Source: Utricularia gibba (Eukaryota > Plantae > Magnoliophyta). From it: 64,000 nucleotides of DNA. The notes below the pieces were generated by a model that worked only from the letters and a program-made list of their open reading frames with translations, searched no databases and was not told where the DNA came from. Both the position numbers and the translations under genes were made by a program. This document shows, one piece after another, positions 61,795 through 64,000 of the stretch. Within the stretch, counting starts at the first letter, position 1. Every line of letters starts with the position of its first letter. The DNA lies in NCBI GenBank assembly GCA_002189035.1, contig NEEC01000009.1:1798001-1862000 (forward strand), read 5' to 3'.

Positions 61795-62220
61795 AGGCCG
61801 TCGATCTTATAAAATTTCAACGGTTCAGATAGCATTAGAAACAGTTGAGGTCCGGATCAACGTTTGTGGGGGCCTCCACATGGATGCCGTTCAAGATAAA
61901 TGCATATTAACCTAACGCAGAACGACGAAGACTGTGGGCCGTGGGATCAATGGACTACATATGCATCACAGGCTGGGCCCATTAAGGTCCACTTCTCAAG
62001 TTGTATAGCAGGCCCATACGCGTAACTGGACGGGCGAGTTCTTGAGAATCATGCCCAAGGCCGCGAATCTGACCTGCTCTCCTGCATCTCGACGACGACT
62101 TGGGTCATTTTCTTTAGAATTTTGCAATAATTAATCCTTTCAGTTTTAGGATCTTTATGTAAATCAAAAACTGAATGCTATTAGTTCAACCACAAGCAGC
62201 GAAACACCTTTTTAGGGTTT
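61795..62220. promoter_or_regulatory. Divergent H2B/PPR promoter: CCGTC and AACGG (MSA-like) motifs, site II (TGGGCY) elements and a telo-box
   Basis: ccgtcgatc about 61798, tcaacggt about 61817, tgggcc about 61936 and 61974, ggccca about 62012, tagggttt 62213-62220. Confidence 0.45.
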
Positions 62221-62680
62221 TATTCAAATTGTCGGGGAATTGTGCAGGGTTTTAGCCCTTAGTTAGGTTGAGGTTGCTGTAACCAAGAGTTGGCAAACTA
62301 GGCCGAAATGGGGTTAATTTGAGGAAGTGATGAAGTGGATGATACTTCACGGTTTCAGCCTATCGTGCTCTCACTTCTCATACGCGGTGGAAAAGCTAAA
62401 GTGGAGTTATTTTCAGCGGGCTTTCAATATCGGAGTCGTGGAGAGTTTGCTGCTGGTGCTTGTTGGTAAAGTTTGGATCTTGGTGAGTTTAATTACTGCG
62501 GTGAAGAGAGCAAGCCCTGTGTTGCTTCTTTCCCGTTTTTTTCATTGGGGGTACATGAAGTGACTGGGGATGCTTTCTGTGATGTGTGCTCAGACGTGAC
62601 AGATATTATGAATGCTACTGAGATACGTGGGTTAACATTCGATTGGTTGAGGTGATACTGCATGGTGGATTAGCTTTTCC

Positions 62681-64000
62681 ATGCGCCTCCCTCATGTGGT
62701 AGAACAACTGTCATCGCCGATTCTATGCATTTTGAAAGCTTGCAGGACTGGAGGAGACCTTTTTCAAGTGCACTCCAATATAATACGCAGGGGCTGTGAA
62801 CAAGATCATTTTTTGGTTGCCCAGTTCATTTCCTTGTGCGCCACTCTTCTGCCAGCAAATTTTTTGTACATCACCAGTGTTTTCAACTCAGTTAGTGAGC
62901 CAAACATTTACCTATATAACATTATGATGAAAATGTGTTGTGAGAGCTCTTCGCTTGATGATTGCTTCTTGTTATTTAGAAGAATGAGACAAAGACCGTG
63001 TGTTCTTCCTGATAAATATACTTTTCCTTCATTCATCAAAGCTTGTGGTAGTGCTGCAGCTTTGAGTGGAGGAAGGATCGTTCATGCGTCAGCCATCAGG
63101 TGTGGAGTTGATACAGATGTGTTTGTGGGATCCAGTTTGATTGATTTCTATGGAAAGTGCAGGGAGACAGATTGTGCACGCAAGGCTTTTGATGAAATGC
63201 ACATAAAAAATGAGGTGTCTTGGACGGCTTTAATGGTAGCATACATATATTCAAGTGATATGGCTGCTGCGATGTGCTTGTTCAATCAAATGCCCCAAAA
63301 GAATCTGGTAACTTGGAATGCAATGATAACAGCATTCATGAAGTTGGGTGATTTGAAGAATGCTCGGAGAGTTTTTGATTTGATGCCACTAAGAGATGAG
63401 GTTTCATATACCGCATTACTCGACGGCTATGGTAAAGCAGGGGATATGGCAGCTGCGAGGTCATTTTTTGATGAGTTGCCCCAGAAGGATTTGGTTTCAT
63501 GGTCCGCCTTGATCTCAGGATATGTACAAAACGGGTACCCATATGAGGCTCTGAAAGTTTATAATGAAATGCGTATGCTGAATGTGAGGCCTGATGAAAT
63601 GGTCATGGTAAGCTTGATGTCTGCTTGTTCCCAAATCGGGTCCCTGGAGCTAGCACAACAGATGGAGTCACATATGCGTGAGGAGTCACTTTATTCAAAA
63701 GGTGCATACTTTGCTGCTGCACTAGTTGATATGAATGCAAAATGTGGGAATATGGAGCGGGCAAGTCTGCTCTTTCAGAGGATGGCTAAACAAGATTTGA
63801 TTTCATATTGCTCAATGATGCAGGGTTTATGCATTCATGGGCGTGTATCTGAAGCACTTGCCCTCTTTGACAGAATGGTCGATGTAGGCATACGCCCGGA
63901 TACCGTAGCCTTCACAGTTGCCTTAACAGCATGTAGTCATGCTGGTCTTGTGAACACAGGATTGCGACTGTTTGACTTAATGACTCAAACATACTCCATT
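62681..64000 (+). CDS. PLS-class pentatricopeptide repeat protein (PCMP-E-like), runs off the window end
   Basis: Open frame from ATG 62681 to the window edge, absent from the ORF track because it has no stop. PDKYTFPSFIKAC, DVFVGSSLIDFYGKC, VTWNAMI, VSWSALISGYVQNG, ALVDMNAKCG, FTVALTACSHAGLV. Confidence 0.92.
   Translation, partial: MRLPHVVEQLSSPILCILKACRTGGDLFQVHSNIIRRGCEQDHFLVAQFISLCATLLPANFLYITSVFNSVSEPNIYLYNIMMKMCCESSSLDDCFLLFRRMRQRPCVLPDKYTFPSFIKACGSAAALSGGRIVHASAIRCGVDTDVFVGSSLIDFYGKCRETDCARKAFDEMHIKNEVSWTALMVAYIYSSDMAAAMCLFNQMPQKNLVTWNAMITAFMKLGDLKNARRVFDLMPLRDEVSYTALLDGYGKAGDMAAARSFFDELPQKDLVSWSALISGYVQNGYPYEALKVYNEMRMLNVRPDEMVMVSLMSACSQIGSLELAQQMESHMREESLYSKGAYFAAALVDMNAKCGNMERASLLFQRMAKQDLISYCSMMQGLCIHGRVSEALALFDRMVDVGIRPDTVAFTVALTACSHAGLVNTGLRLFDLMTQTYSI

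Overview
Gene-dense window from a compact plant (probably eudicot) nuclear genome with short GT-AG introns. Left two-thirds, in order: 13-lipoxygenase (5' end off-window), organellar EF-P, alpha-tubulin, frameshifted CYP716-family P450, GATA factor, TMEM234-like and chloroplast membrane protein genes, a PPR relic split by a Tourist-like MITE, DHHC S-acyltransferase, two XEGIP/basic-7S-globulin-like genes, amidase 1, U11/U12-31K, cytosolic LeuRS, ycf45/SPD1-like ATPase and a PMR6-like pectate lyase. From about 39.1 to 56.3 kb lies a tandem array of S-protein-homologue (SPH, poppy PrsS-like) secreted-ligand genes: 14 copies plus one relic. The array has two subgroups, six conserved cysteines, nonsense, stop-loss and truncated copies, and a recent circularly permuted 400-bp copy of one member inserted into another. 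A BTR1/NOVA-like KH gene with a candidate poison exon, histone H2B and a PLS-class PPR gene running off the right edge complete the window. All homology calls are from motif recognition, not database searches.
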